From NCBI GenBank assembly GCA_904381285.1, contig CAJFII010000011.1:275-64274 (forward strand): DNA of 64,000 nucleotides, read 5' to 3'. The first letter of the stretch is position 1; every line of letters begins with the position of its first letter. The notes beneath the pieces are model-generated. The model did not search any database and was not told the origin of the DNA. It was given only the letters and a program-made list of their open reading frames with translations. Below, in pieces: positions 1 to 9,955 of this stretch. Made by a program: the position numbers and the translations under genes. The stretch is from an uncultured Clostridia bacterium (lineage in GTDB: Bacteria; Bacillota; Clostridia; TANB77; CAG-508).

Positions 1-1005
<1,005 letters not shown>

Positions 1006-1220
1006 AAAATTAGAGGAAAAATTCAAAGTAAGAATAATTTTTGTACTCCCATTTATTTCCTAACAAGCACTGAATTTTTCCTCCCTAGTCAAAATTTGAA
1101 TTTTGGGATAAATCCCAAGCCCTTTTAAAAATAATAAAATCTATTTATGTTTTTTATTTGAAAGAAGCATAGATATATAAAAATATATCAATAAAAATAG
1201 GAAAGAAAATAATATCAAAA

Positions 1221-1259
1221 AAATAGGATAAAGCACTAATAAAATGCTTATTCCTATTT
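1221..1259. terminator. hairpin terminator downstream of the 78-aa XRE gene (possibly bidirectional)
   Basis: AAATAGGATAAAGCA / TGCTTATTCCTATTT arms with A/T runs on both sides. Confidence 0.5.
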
Positions 1260-1264
1260 TTATT

Positions 1265-1501
1265 TTATTCAGCTATAACTTCGTCAAAAAGTGGGTCATC
1301 AAAAAAATCTTTTAAAGTTATATTAAAACCTTCACATATATGTAACATTGTATCCATTCTTAAATTTTTTGTATCATTTTTTAGAAAATCAGATATAGTG
1401 GGTAGAGATATTCCTGCAGCTTTAGATAAATCAAAAAGTTTCATATTATTTTGCTTTAATAATTGTTTTATTCTTTTTCTTGTAGCTTCTGAAAGTTGCA
1501 T
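1265..1501 (-). CDS. XRE-family helix-turn-helix transcriptional regulator (78 aa)
   Basis: HTH signature NMKLFDLSKAAGISLPTISDFLKN. RBS GAGGTGGG lies before the ATG. Confidence 0.8.
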   Translation of the reverse strand: MQLSEATRKRIKQLLKQNNMKLFDLSKAAGISLPTISDFLKNDTKNLRMDTMLHICEGFNITLKDFFDDPLFDEVIAE

Positions 1502-1549
1502 AATCCCACCTCTTTTCTAAAAAATTATATCAAAGTGGAATAGTCTACA

Positions 1550-1651
1550 ACTAAGGAACTCCTTAATATAAAATAAAAAATTAAGAAATTCCTTAATAAA
1601 GTATTGTATTTTATAAAAAACAATGATACACTATTAAGGAATTCCTTAATA
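1550..1651. promoter_or_regulatory. three copies of a palindromic operator (consensus ATTAAGGAATTCCTTAAT) upstream of the 78-aa XRE gene
   Basis: 1632-1651 is a perfect 20-bp palindrome TATTAAGGAATTCCTTAATA. 1580-1597 has 1 mismatch and 1550-1567 has 2. Centre spacing is 30 and 53 bp. The proximal site abuts a TTGTAG..TATAAT promoter on the minus strand. Confidence 0.65.
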
Positions 1652-1705
1652 ATGTAAAAAATAAAACTACTATTGAAGTTTGATAGTAGCTTTATACATA
1701 TAATT

Positions 1706-1957
1706 TTATACTGTAATAGTTTCTTTAGAATTTGATTTTGTGTTTTTTGGATAAGGAGACATTTCATCAGTCCTATATAACAAATAATCAATGCTAGTAT
1801 TATAAAAATCTGCTAATTTACACAATAATTCTAAAGGAATATTTCTTTTATTAAGTTCATAATAAGAATATGCAACTTGAGAAATATTAAGAAATTTGCT
1901 TAATTGTTTTTGAGTAAGGTCGTTATCTTCTCTAAGATTTTTAATGCGAGTTTCCAT
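1706..1957 (-). CDS. XRE-family helix-turn-helix transcriptional regulator (83 aa)
   Basis: Classic Cro/C1 HTH: LTQKQLSKFLNISQVAYSYYELNKRNIPLELLCKLADFYNTSIDYLL. Confidence 0.85.
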   Translation of the reverse strand: METRIKNLREDNDLTQKQLSKFLNISQVAYSYYELNKRNIPLELLCKLADFYNTSIDYLLYRTDEMSPYPKNTKSNSKETITV

Positions 1958-2112
1958 ATTTTTTAGTTCCTTTCTTAAATAAAAATATCAAAAGCTGTAC
2001 AAATTATAAGAAAAACTAAAAAAATTATAAAATAAAACAAAATGTTATATTGAGATTTAAAACATATTGTTATATAATGAATTTATAACAAGGGAAAAAG
2101 GAGAAAAAGTTT

Positions 2113-4224
2113 ATGAAAAAAGTTAGAAAAAATCATGGAATCACATTAATTAGTTTAGTGGTTACAATTATTGTGTTGCTAATTTTAGCAGGAATTACTA
2201 TCAATATGTTGTTGGGGGATAACGGAATAATTACTATGGCTCAAAAAGCAAAAAACGAGTATGAAGAAGCTGTAAAAAAAGAGGAACAACAATTAGCAGG
2301 AATATTCGGAAAAAATTTTGCGGACTATAATGGGCAATTAAATGTTTTGGATGGACAACTTGTTAATCAATACAATGAAATAATAACATTAAAAGGATTA
2401 GTTGGAGATAATGTTTCACAATATTCAATTCATTACCAAGATAGCAAATCATTTAGCTACTATTTGAATCAAGAATCAATAAATAATTTAAAAAATTGGA
2501 ATGTAAATGTAATAAGGATAGGATTAGAAGTAGACGAGGTATCAGATGAAGAAAAAATGCAAGACTATTTAAATACTATTGATTTACTTGTAGATAATGA
2601 TATTTATGTAATAGCTCTTTTGTGGAACAGTGAAAACATAAATGATAACATAGAAATTGCACAACAATATTTCTCAACATTATCCGAAAAATATAATGAG
2701 ACAAATAATATTATCTATGAAATAGCTAATGAACCAAATATAGAGTGGAGTGAAATTATAAATTATTGTAATACAATAATTCAAACAATCAGGACTTATG
2801 ATAATGAGAATATTATTATTGTGCCAAATCCAAGTGCTGATTCTAGACCAGATTTAGTTGATATGAACGACTTAAATAATTCTTTTAATGTAATGACATC
2901 ATATCATATGTATGTAGGAAATCAGATTACAAGTGAAAGAATAAATTATTTAAATCAAGCAATAGAAAATAAAACACCAATATTTGTTACTGAATGGGGT
3001 ACAACTTTAAGCAACGGAAATGATGGATTCTATGAAGCAAGCTCTAATACTTTTATAACAATAATGAATAATTATAATTTAAGTTGGTGTAATTTTGCTT
3101 TAGTGGATTACAATTTTAGAGTCGGACAAGGTTATGGGCAAGATGAATATTCAGGAATAGTTCAACATAATAAATGGGATAATTCTTTAACAGATAATAT
3201 TTTAACTGCGAGTGGAAAATATATTAAAAGTATATTAACAGGAACATACAAAGAAAATAGAGAATACAGTGAAATGATTTCTAGAGATGATAATATAGCT
3301 TTTTGGCAGGAAGAATATAGAGATAATATTATGAGTATTGAATTTATAAAGGGAAATGAAGTCCCTGAAAATGCAATAATAAAGTGGGATATGTCAATTT
3401 TAAAAGATAATTCTATTCAAGCTTATATTATTAATGATAATGGTTATAGATTATGTATTATTAGTGATTATATTATTAAATTGCCACTTGATAGTGGAAC
3501 GATATTAAATTCAAATGGAGGTTTATTTCAAGATTTTACTAAAGCAACGGCAATTAAATTTTCTAATATAGATACAAGTCAGTGTAGAGATATTTCAGGC
3601 ATGTATAGAAATTGTAGTGAAGTGACTAATATTGAAGGATTAACGAAATTCGATACTAATAAAGTAGAATGGATGAGTGATATTTTTCTTGGGTGTAGAA
3701 ATTTACAAAATATAGATTTAACTGGTTGGGATACAAGTAATGTTAAACAGATAACAAATTTGTTTAGTGGATGTGAAAATCTAATTGAAATTAAAGGTAT
3801 AAATGAGTGGAACATAGATAATATAGAAACAGTCAATGCAGCATTTCAACAAACTCTTAGTATAAATTCAATTGATTTGTCAAATTGGAATACACCAAAT
3901 TTAATTAATTGTTATTATATGTTTAGTAACAATAAATCTAGTGTAATTGACATAAGAAACTTCGATATGAGTAATGTTACAAAAATGGATTATATGTTTA
4001 ACTTGACGTCAAATCTAGAAAATTTGTATATGAATAATGTAAATATAAATATAGATAATATAACTAGTTATGAAGGAATGTTTTATGGTATAAAAAATGG
4101 AGTTAATATATATGTAAAAAATGAGGAAATTGCTAAGTGGATATATGACAGAATAACTGAAGTAAATAAAACTGCTAATATATATTATGGTGAAGATAAT
4201 ATGATATTGTATGTGAGTGATTAG
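2113..4224 (+). CDS. surface protein: prepilin-like leader/anchor + GH5 glycoside hydrolase + BspA-type (DUF285-like) leucine-rich repeats
   Basis: N-terminus is MKKVRKNHG-ITLISLVVTIIVLLILAG. GH5 hallmarks are IIYEIANEPN (acid/base Glu) and PIFVTEWGT (nucleophile Glu). The C-terminal repeats carry WDTSNV, WNTPNL, FDMSNVTKMDYMF and FSGCENL motifs. Confidence 0.75.
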   Translation: MKKVRKNHGITLISLVVTIIVLLILAGITINMLLGDNGIITMAQKAKNEYEEAVKKEEQQLAGIFGKNFADYNGQLNVLDGQLVNQYNEIITLKGLVGDNVSQYSIHYQDSKSFSYYLNQESINNLKNWNVNVIRIGLEVDEVSDEEKMQDYLNTIDLLVDNDIYVIALLWNSENINDNIEIAQQYFSTLSEKYNETNNIIYEIANEPNIEWSEIINYCNTIIQTIRTYDNENIIIVPNPSADSRPDLVDMNDLNNSFNVMTSYHMYVGNQITSERINYLNQAIENKTPIFVTEWGTTLSNGNDGFYEASSNTFITIMNNYNLSWCNFALVDYNFRVGQGYGQDEYSGIVQHNKWDNSLTDNILTASGKYIKSILTGTYKENREYSEMISRDDNIAFWQEEYRDNIMSIEFIKGNEVPENAIIKWDMSILKDNSIQAYIINDNGYRLCIISDYIIKLPLDSGTILNSNGGLFQDFTKATAIKFSNIDTSQCRDISGMYRNCSEVTNIEGLTKFDTNKVEWMSDIFLGCRNLQNIDLTGWDTSNVKQITNLFSGCENLIEIKGINEWNIDNIETVNAAFQQTLSINSIDLSNWNTPNLINCYYMFSNNKSSVIDIRNFDMSNVTKMDYMFNLTSNLENLYMNNVNINIDNITSYEGMFYGIKNGVNIYVKNEEIAKWIYDRITEVNKTANIYYGEDNMILYVSD

Positions 4225-4618
4225 CTAAAAATAGTTTTGTGATATGTCTTATATTTTTATATTATAAAAGGTAACTGTTAAGAACAATTAGTTAATAGTA
4301 TATATTACAACAGTTGATTAATCAAATATTTTTTGAGCAAAATATGGGAGGAACACTTTGAGAATTAAGCAATTTTTTCGCAAATACCCTCCCTAAACGC
4401 TCCAAATAAAAACGACTTACGAACTATAAGATTTGTAGGTTGTAATAAAAAATTTAATATATACCATAAGAGGAAAACAAGTAATGCTAGGTGGTCACAA
4501 ATTGTGACCACCTCAAAAATAGAAGATAAAGCGATTATAGGAAAAATAATTAATTTGTAAATATATAAAAAGACAATGCTTTCTCTAAATTAAATTCAGA
4601 CATTGTCTTTAACTTTTA

Positions 4619-4960
4619 TTATAATTCATAAATACTTATAATTTCTTCTTTGAGTTTATTATAAATAGATACGCTATTCTCATTGTCTGTATTTCCAAGT
4701 ATATTATATATTTTATTATTAGCAAATATGGTCATTTGTTTTTGTCTTCCACCTTTGTAATTAGATATACGTAAATTTTGTAGGTTTTCTAATATTTCTA
4801 TATTACTATTTATGATATTTCTAATTCTATCTTTAAATTCAAATGAATTAGAGATATTTTTTAAACTTCCATTAAAATAAATAATATTTGAGGTGGCTTC
4901 AATTTCTAAAACATTTTTCTTGTCTTTATTTACATCATATTCGTAAATCCTTATATACAT
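4619..4960 (-). CDS. hypothetical protein
   Basis: ORF track 4619..5011. The internal ATG at 4960 is preceded by GGAG, so the short form MYIRIYEYDV... is preferred. No motif recognised. Confidence 0.4.
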   Translation of the reverse strand: MYIRIYEYDVNKDKKNVLEIEATSNIIYFNGSLKNISNSFEFKDRIRNIINSNIEILENLQNLRISNYKGGRQKQMTIFANNKIYNILGNTDNENSVSIYNKLKEEIISIYEL

Positions 4961-5140
4961 ATTAACATCTCCTATAATAATCAATATACAAGAAAAATTA
5001 TAAAAATGCAATAAAAATGGTAATATAATTTTTCTTATCTGTAATTATTTTTATATATTTTCGTTGAATTTTAATTAGAATTTGTATATAATAACTTTGA
5101 CAACACAGCTTAACCAATCTAATAATAAAGTGAGGATTTT

Positions 5141-6442
5141 ATGATAGAAGAAATAAAAGATGTTGTAGAAGAAGTATGTAAAAAGTATGGTTATGATGAG
5201 GAGGATAAAGAAAGTAATGATAGTTTAAAAACAGTGCTACTAAAAGCTGTTACAGCAATCCTAAAAGATGCAAATCAAGAAGAAAGAAATTTGTTTTATC
5301 AGATGTTAAGACACACTCCTATTGTTATAACTGAAAATCTTACAAAAGAAGACTATGAGAAACTTGTAGAACAATATATTGGAAATATTAATCCACATAT
5401 AATAAAAGAAGATATAGATCTAGGAGAATATGGTAAAAACGTAGGTGCGGGAGCATATGTTTCAGAGGCAATATTAGATGAAAATTTGCAACTTGTAGGA
5501 AAAAAATCTTTTGTATATGTACAGAAGGTGGATGGAAAAGCAAAGGAATTCTTTGGAAGTGATATTAATGTATCACATTTAATTCATGAGCTTGGACATG
5601 CTTGGGCTGCAGAAAAGGATCAATATATAATGTCAGACAATAAACTTCTAAAAGAAAGAGTTGGAACTTCGGAATATACATATTCTTTCTCAAAAAGAGA
5701 AGATAATAAATATATACAAAAATGTGAAAAAGTTACAGGTTTGATGATAGAAGAAGGCATGAATACTGTAAGAGAAGAACAAGCAATGGCTGATTATATG
5801 AATATACCATTAGAAGAAATGAAAAAAGCATATAATTCCGTATTAGTACCTAGTAATTATCAAGGATACATATCCGATTTTATACAATATATGTTACAAG
5901 AATTAAATATAGAAGATTTTGAAAACTGGCGATTACATGGAAGCTCAGAAAGTAAAGCGAAGATTGAAGAATTAATGGCAAGGACAAAGTATTGGGATGA
6001 TAGAGAAACAGATATTTTACCATCAAGTGATAGTCCAAGAAACTATGATAATAAAAGACAAATTATAGCTAGAATACAATCAAGTGAAGTACAGGACTTT
6101 TTTAACAGTTATGAAGATGTTTATTTTCCAGACATATCAAAAATGACACCATTAGATAAAATTGAAAATGTATTGGAGCAGATTTACAATATGAATATGG
6201 TAAAATATAATATGGGAATTGAAAATTATAAAGATTTTTTAAATTCTCTAGGGTATGAAGGTTATTCATTAATTAATCAAGCAGCTGATATAAGAAAAAA
6301 AGATGAGTTACTTAGTGTGGTAAATGATGTAAAATTATCTGACTTGAATAGTATAACAGAAGAAACTAAAAGTGCATTTTTAGATTCTATGAATAGAGAA
6401 ACGAAAGAAGAAATGGAAGAAGGAGAAACAGAAAAAGAATGA
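5141..6442 (+). CDS. hypothetical protein with HELGH zinc-metallopeptidase motif
   Basis: The single HExxH (VSHLIHELGHAWAAE) resembles the ImmA/IrrE (M78) type motif. The rest is unrecognised. RBS GAGGA precedes the start. Confidence 0.4.
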   Translation: MIEEIKDVVEEVCKKYGYDEEDKESNDSLKTVLLKAVTAILKDANQEERNLFYQMLRHTPIVITENLTKEDYEKLVEQYIGNINPHIIKEDIDLGEYGKNVGAGAYVSEAILDENLQLVGKKSFVYVQKVDGKAKEFFGSDINVSHLIHELGHAWAAEKDQYIMSDNKLLKERVGTSEYTYSFSKREDNKYIQKCEKVTGLMIEEGMNTVREEQAMADYMNIPLEEMKKAYNSVLVPSNYQGYISDFIQYMLQELNIEDFENWRLHGSSESKAKIEELMARTKYWDDRETDILPSSDSPRNYDNKRQIIARIQSSEVQDFFNSYEDVYFPDISKMTPLDKIENVLEQIYNMNMVKYNMGIENYKDFLNSLGYEGYSLINQAADIRKKDELLSVVNDVKLSDLNSITEETKSAFLDSMNRETKEEMEEGETEKE

Positions 6443-6903
6443 AAAATAATGTTGAAATGAGTGAATATAGAGTAGCTGCAAATGAAGTTGCATGTATATT
6501 AGATTATTTTTCAGAAGAATTTAAAGCAAATATTCCAACCAACTTTTTAAAATTCTTAAATGAACAAGCAATACCTGACTATAATCCAAATTTTGATTTT
6601 TCTCATGGGTTAGATAGACTTAAATTAAGGAATAAAACAAAAACATTACTTGCAATGATATATAGAAATTATATTTGCTCTGAAAAAGAAAAAATAGAGT
6701 ATGACAAAATTTTAAAACAAAATGAAAACACATATCAAATTGAATTAAGAGAAAAATATAATCCAGATAATATTTTTCAAAAAGATAAAAAAGAATATAA
6801 TACATTAAATAATGAAAGAGATAATGTACAGCTTGTGAAATATAAAGAATCAAAGCTTATTAAATTTATAAAATGGTTTAAAAAATTATTTAATAGAAAA
6901 TAA
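6439..6903 (+). CDS. hypothetical protein, translationally coupled to the previous gene
   Basis: ATGA start/stop overlap with 5141..6442. No motif recognised. Confidence 0.45.
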   Translation: MKNNVEMSEYRVAANEVACILDYFSEEFKANIPTNFLKFLNEQAIPDYNPNFDFSHGLDRLKLRNKTKTLLAMIYRNYICSEKEKIEYDKILKQNENTYQIELREKYNPDNIFQKDKKEYNTLNNERDNVQLVKYKESKLIKFIKWFKKLFNRK

Positions 6904-6946
6904 ATATGATAAAATATATTTGTATTATGGAAAGGAGAAAAAAATT

Positions 6947-7207
6947 ATGCAAGAATTAAAAATTAATGGAATATACAGGCATTTTAAAGGAGATTATTAT
7001 TTGGTTATAGATATAGCTAATCATTCAGAAACAAAAGAAAAATATGTTGTTTATAGAAGACTTTATGGTGATGGAAGTTTATGGATTAGGCCAATTGATA
7101 TGTTCTTAAGCGAAGTAGACCATGAAAAATATCCAAATGTTAAGCAAAAATATAGATTTGAACTACAAAATATAGAAAGTGTAGCTCATAATTTTAAAGG
7201 GGAATAA
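6947..7207 (+). CDS. DUF1653-family protein
   Basis: [46 protein letters not shown] matches the DUF1653 pattern. The ATG at 6947 follows GGAAAGGAG. Confidence 0.65.
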   Translation: MQELKINGIYRHFKGDYYLVIDIANHSETKEKYVVYRRLYGDGSLWIRPIDMFLSEVDHEKYPNVKQKYRFELQNIESVAHNFKGE

Positions 7208-7214
7208 ATAGTAT

Positions 7215-7258
7215 AATAAAGGAATCGTATATTGTTGTATGATTCCTTTATTATTTAT
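7215..7258 (+). terminator. rho-independent terminator after the DUF1653 gene
   Basis: AATAAAGGAATC / GATTCCTTTATT stem followed by a T-rich tract. Confidence 0.5.
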
Positions 7259-7274
7259 TCTTAGGGAGGAAAAT

Positions 7275-8240
7275 ATGATTGACTGTCATTACGATTTATT
7301 AACACATATACTTATGAAGAAAAATGAAAAAGAAGTACTTAAAAATTATTGTAATAGAGTATATAAAAAGGATAATATTACAGGAGGAATATTTAATCTT
7401 TTTTATATGACGGAACAAGAAATGAAGGAAGAAATAGGAATACAAAAAAGTCAAATTAATTTAATAGAGAATTTAAAAGAAGTAAAAAAATATATAGAAT
7501 CAAATCAACTTATATCAAATGATATAAAATATATATTTGGAATAGAAGGATTAGATTATTTAGAAAAAATAGAAGATATAGATGTACTATATAATTTAGG
7601 CTTAAGATCTACAAATCCAGTATGGAATAATCAAAATAAATTTGGCGGAGGAACTAGAGCGGATAATAAAGTTGGTTTAACTAGACTAGGAGAAAAATTA
7701 ATTGAAAAATTAGTAAAAAAGAAGATAGCAATAGATTTATCGCATGCAAATGAAAGGACTTTTTTTGATATTATAAATTTATGTAAAGAAATGAAAAAGC
7801 AAGGTGAAGAACCAATTGTTTTTGCATCACATTCAAACTCTAGAACATTATGTGATGTACCAAGAAATTTAACAGATGAACAAATAATAGCTATAAAGGA
7901 ATTAAATGGCGTAATAGGTGTTGTATCAATTAAAACTTTTTGTGTAAATACAAACGATATATGTAATCCCAATATAGATTATGAGCAAAAATATGTAGAA
8001 CATATAAACTATATAAAAAATTTGCTTGGTGGAGTGGATAATATATCTGTAGCAACAGATGATATGAAATACTATTATATTGAGCCTGAATATTATCAAA
8101 ATATTAATGTGTTTCCTCATTATAGTGTAAAAGAGAAACTTACTAAAGTATTAATAAAAAACAATTATGCAGAAAAAGAAATAAAAAAAATATTAGAAGA
8201 CAATTTTAAAGAAAAAATACTTTTTTTATTAATGTATTGA
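7275..8240 (+). CDS. membrane-dipeptidase (peptidase M19) family protein
   Basis: MIDCHYDLL start after GGGAGG. Contains GIEGLDYL, LGLRSTNPVWNNQNKFGGG, IDLSHANERTFFD and ASHSNSRTLCDVPRNLTDEQI. Confidence 0.7.
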   Translation: MIDCHYDLLTHILMKKNEKEVLKNYCNRVYKKDNITGGIFNLFYMTEQEMKEEIGIQKSQINLIENLKEVKKYIESNQLISNDIKYIFGIEGLDYLEKIEDIDVLYNLGLRSTNPVWNNQNKFGGGTRADNKVGLTRLGEKLIEKLVKKKIAIDLSHANERTFFDIINLCKEMKKQGEEPIVFASHSNSRTLCDVPRNLTDEQIIAIKELNGVIGVVSIKTFCVNTNDICNPNIDYEQKYVEHINYIKNLLGGVDNISVATDDMKYYYIEPEYYQNINVFPHYSVKEKLTKVLIKNNYAEKEIKKILEDNFKEKILFLLMY

Positions 8241-8317
8241 ATATAATTTTTTTTTAATATATAATCAGTCCAGAAATGTAATTAATATAATTAATGAACA
8301 AAAGATAGCTGTAAAAT

Positions 8318-8971
8318 ATGGGGGACAAAAAAATGCAAAAACAACTTAATGTAGATCAATTTATAAAATATTTTTTTTATGGATTAGAAAATAAAGATGA
8401 AATTGTAAAAGCAGTTATCGTAAATGTTGCAAGACAACGAGTTGGCACACATAATTCATTAGACGAATATACAGAAAAGATGAATTATGAAATTGATGCT
8501 GAATGTATGTTAAATTTAATTGTTCAATTAGAAAGATTTACTACATTACATGATGATCCTAATAATAGACATTATTTTTATCAAGATTTAGATATTAATT
8601 CACTATCTGTAAATCAAATGTTTAATAAAAATTTAAAGCAATTAAGCGAAAGAGGAGCTATAGTACCTTGTAGATATAGGCCTTTATCAGGAATTTATTA
8701 TGCGGACAGAAAATCACATTGGGAAGGTCAATTTACAGGAGAAGAAATGTACAATTTCTTAAAAAACAATTCTGCATGGGCTCAAGAAGAAGTTTATGGA
8801 ATATTAGTATATTTGGAAGAATTAGAACAAATTAATAAATTTCAATACTATTCTTTATTTATGGATTCAAAATATGCAAGGGCAATCGACCGTTATCAAA
8901 GAGGGATAACAAAAGATGAAAATGAAAAACGTGAAATTATAAAGGTATATAAAGAATTTTTAAAACGGTAG
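8318..8971 (+). CDS. hypothetical protein
   Basis: Long ORF with coding-like composition. An alternative ATG at 8333 follows a GGGGG RBS. No motif recognised. Confidence 0.45.
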   Translation: MGDKKMQKQLNVDQFIKYFFYGLENKDEIVKAVIVNVARQRVGTHNSLDEYTEKMNYEIDAECMLNLIVQLERFTTLHDDPNNRHYFYQDLDINSLSVNQMFNKNLKQLSERGAIVPCRYRPLSGIYYADRKSHWEGQFTGEEMYNFLKNNSAWAQEEVYGILVYLEELEQINKFQYYSLFMDSKYARAIDRYQRGITKDENEKREIIKVYKEFLKR

Positions 8972-9175
8972 ACAAGTATCAGCTGTAGATATAAAACTTG
9001 GTATAAAAGGGAAAATAGATGGTGAATTGTTACAGTATATAGATCAGCATTATCCAGAATATGATACGATTACAAGTTTGAAATCGGATGCAATGGATGA
9101 AAATTATTTAAAAAGAGTACAAAATGAATTAAACAATATAAAACAAAAATTTATGGAAGAAAAGGGGATAGAACT

Positions 9176-9802
9176 ATGAAAGTAATTGAAGTAAAACATC
9201 CGCTAGTACAACACAAAGTAGCAATATTAAGAGATAAGAAAACTGGAACAAAAGAATTTAGAGAATTAGCAGAAGAAATAGCAATGTTATTATGCTATGA
9301 AGCAATGCAAGATGCTGAACTTGACGAAGTAGAAGTAGAAACACCAATAGAAAAAACAAAAGCAAAAAAAATAAATGAAGATAGATATGCTTTTGTACCA
9401 ATATTAAGAGCAGGTTTAGGAATGTCAAACGGAATAACAAAAATTATTCCAAATGCCAAAATAGGAGTAATAGGTTTATATAGAAATGAAGAAACATTAG
9501 AACCAGTTAGATATTATTATAAAGTACCAAAAGATATAAAAGATAGAGAAGTAATTCTAGTAGATCCTATGCTTGCAACAGGAGGATCTGCAACAGATGC
9601 AATAAAAATGCTTAAAGAAGATGGGGTAAAGAAAATAAAATTCTTATGCCTTATTGCAGCACCAGAAGGAATAAAAAAAGTAGAAGAAATGTATCCAGAC
9701 GTACAAATATATTGCGCAAGCATAGATGACCATCTAAATGAAATAGGATATATAGTACCAGGACTAGGAGATGCAGGAGACAGAATCTTCGGAATTAAAT
9801 AA
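9176..9802 (+). CDS. upp: uracil phosphoribosyltransferase
   Basis: Full-length match to the Upp pattern (KHPLVQHK..., [37 protein letters not shown]). Confidence 0.95.
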   Translation: MKVIEVKHPLVQHKVAILRDKKTGTKEFRELAEEIAMLLCYEAMQDAELDEVEVETPIEKTKAKKINEDRYAFVPILRAGLGMSNGITKIIPNAKIGVIGLYRNEETLEPVRYYYKVPKDIKDREVILVDPMLATGGSATDAIKMLKEDGVKKIKFLCLIAAPEGIKKVEEMYPDVQIYCASIDDHLNEIGYIVPGLGDAGDRIFGIK

Positions 9803-9861
9803 GTTGTCAGTGAGGAAGGAGTTTTTGACAACTAGTTTTCACAAAAAATTCACAAAAAAAA

Positions 9862-9888
9862 TTAGCAATTGGGGTTGACAATTGCTAA
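9862..9888. promoter_or_regulatory. CIRCE-like inverted repeat overlapping the hrcA promoter -35
   Basis: TTAGCAATT-N9-AATTGCTAA. TTGACA lies inside the spacer and TATAAT motifs follow at ~9896-9906. Confidence 0.5.
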
Positions 9889-9914
9889 TTTTGGTTATAA
9901 TATAATACATGAAA

Positions 9915-9941
9915 TTAGCAGTCCGACACTTTAAGTGCTAA
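9915..9941. promoter_or_regulatory. CIRCE operator (HrcA binding site)
   Basis: TTAGCAGTC-N9-AAGTGCTAA versus consensus TTAGCACTC-N9-GAGTGCTAA, directly upstream of hrcA. Confidence 0.8.
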
Positions 9942-9955
9942 AAGAGGTGAAATGA

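Noticed and set aside
1020-1130. Similarity between two intergenic CCTCCC-containing stretches (about 1030-1100 and 4340-4400) as possible att sites or RNA elements.
   Set aside because: Hand alignment gives only short shared words (TAGGGAGG). No convincing repeat or structure.
1525-1791. Track ORFs that are antisense or overlap well-supported genes (e.g. 1525..1791, 3579..3836, 7631..7972, 20107..20571, 23894..24349, 36257..36628, 49758..50471, 62764..63054).
   Set aside because: They have low-complexity or hydrophobic translations typical of AT-rich antisense frames. They have no RBS and no motifs, and they lie fully inside genes with strong homology signatures.
8964-9179. A ~70-codon open frame (…[64 protein letters not shown]) ending in an ATGA overlap with upp.
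   Set aside because: It has no canonical start with an RBS and no recognisable family. I cannot call it a CDS. It is mentioned only as a possible gene stump.
8941-9241. Apparent frameshifts in the 8318..8971 ORF and in upp when the printed lines are indexed by hand.
   Set aside because: My hand indexing of the printed block 8941-9240 is 1 nt lower than the ORF track: one A seems missing at the start and one is extra at 9241. Both ORFs are intact in the track. I treat this as a register or reading artefact, not biology. It means my non-CDS coordinates can be off by 1.
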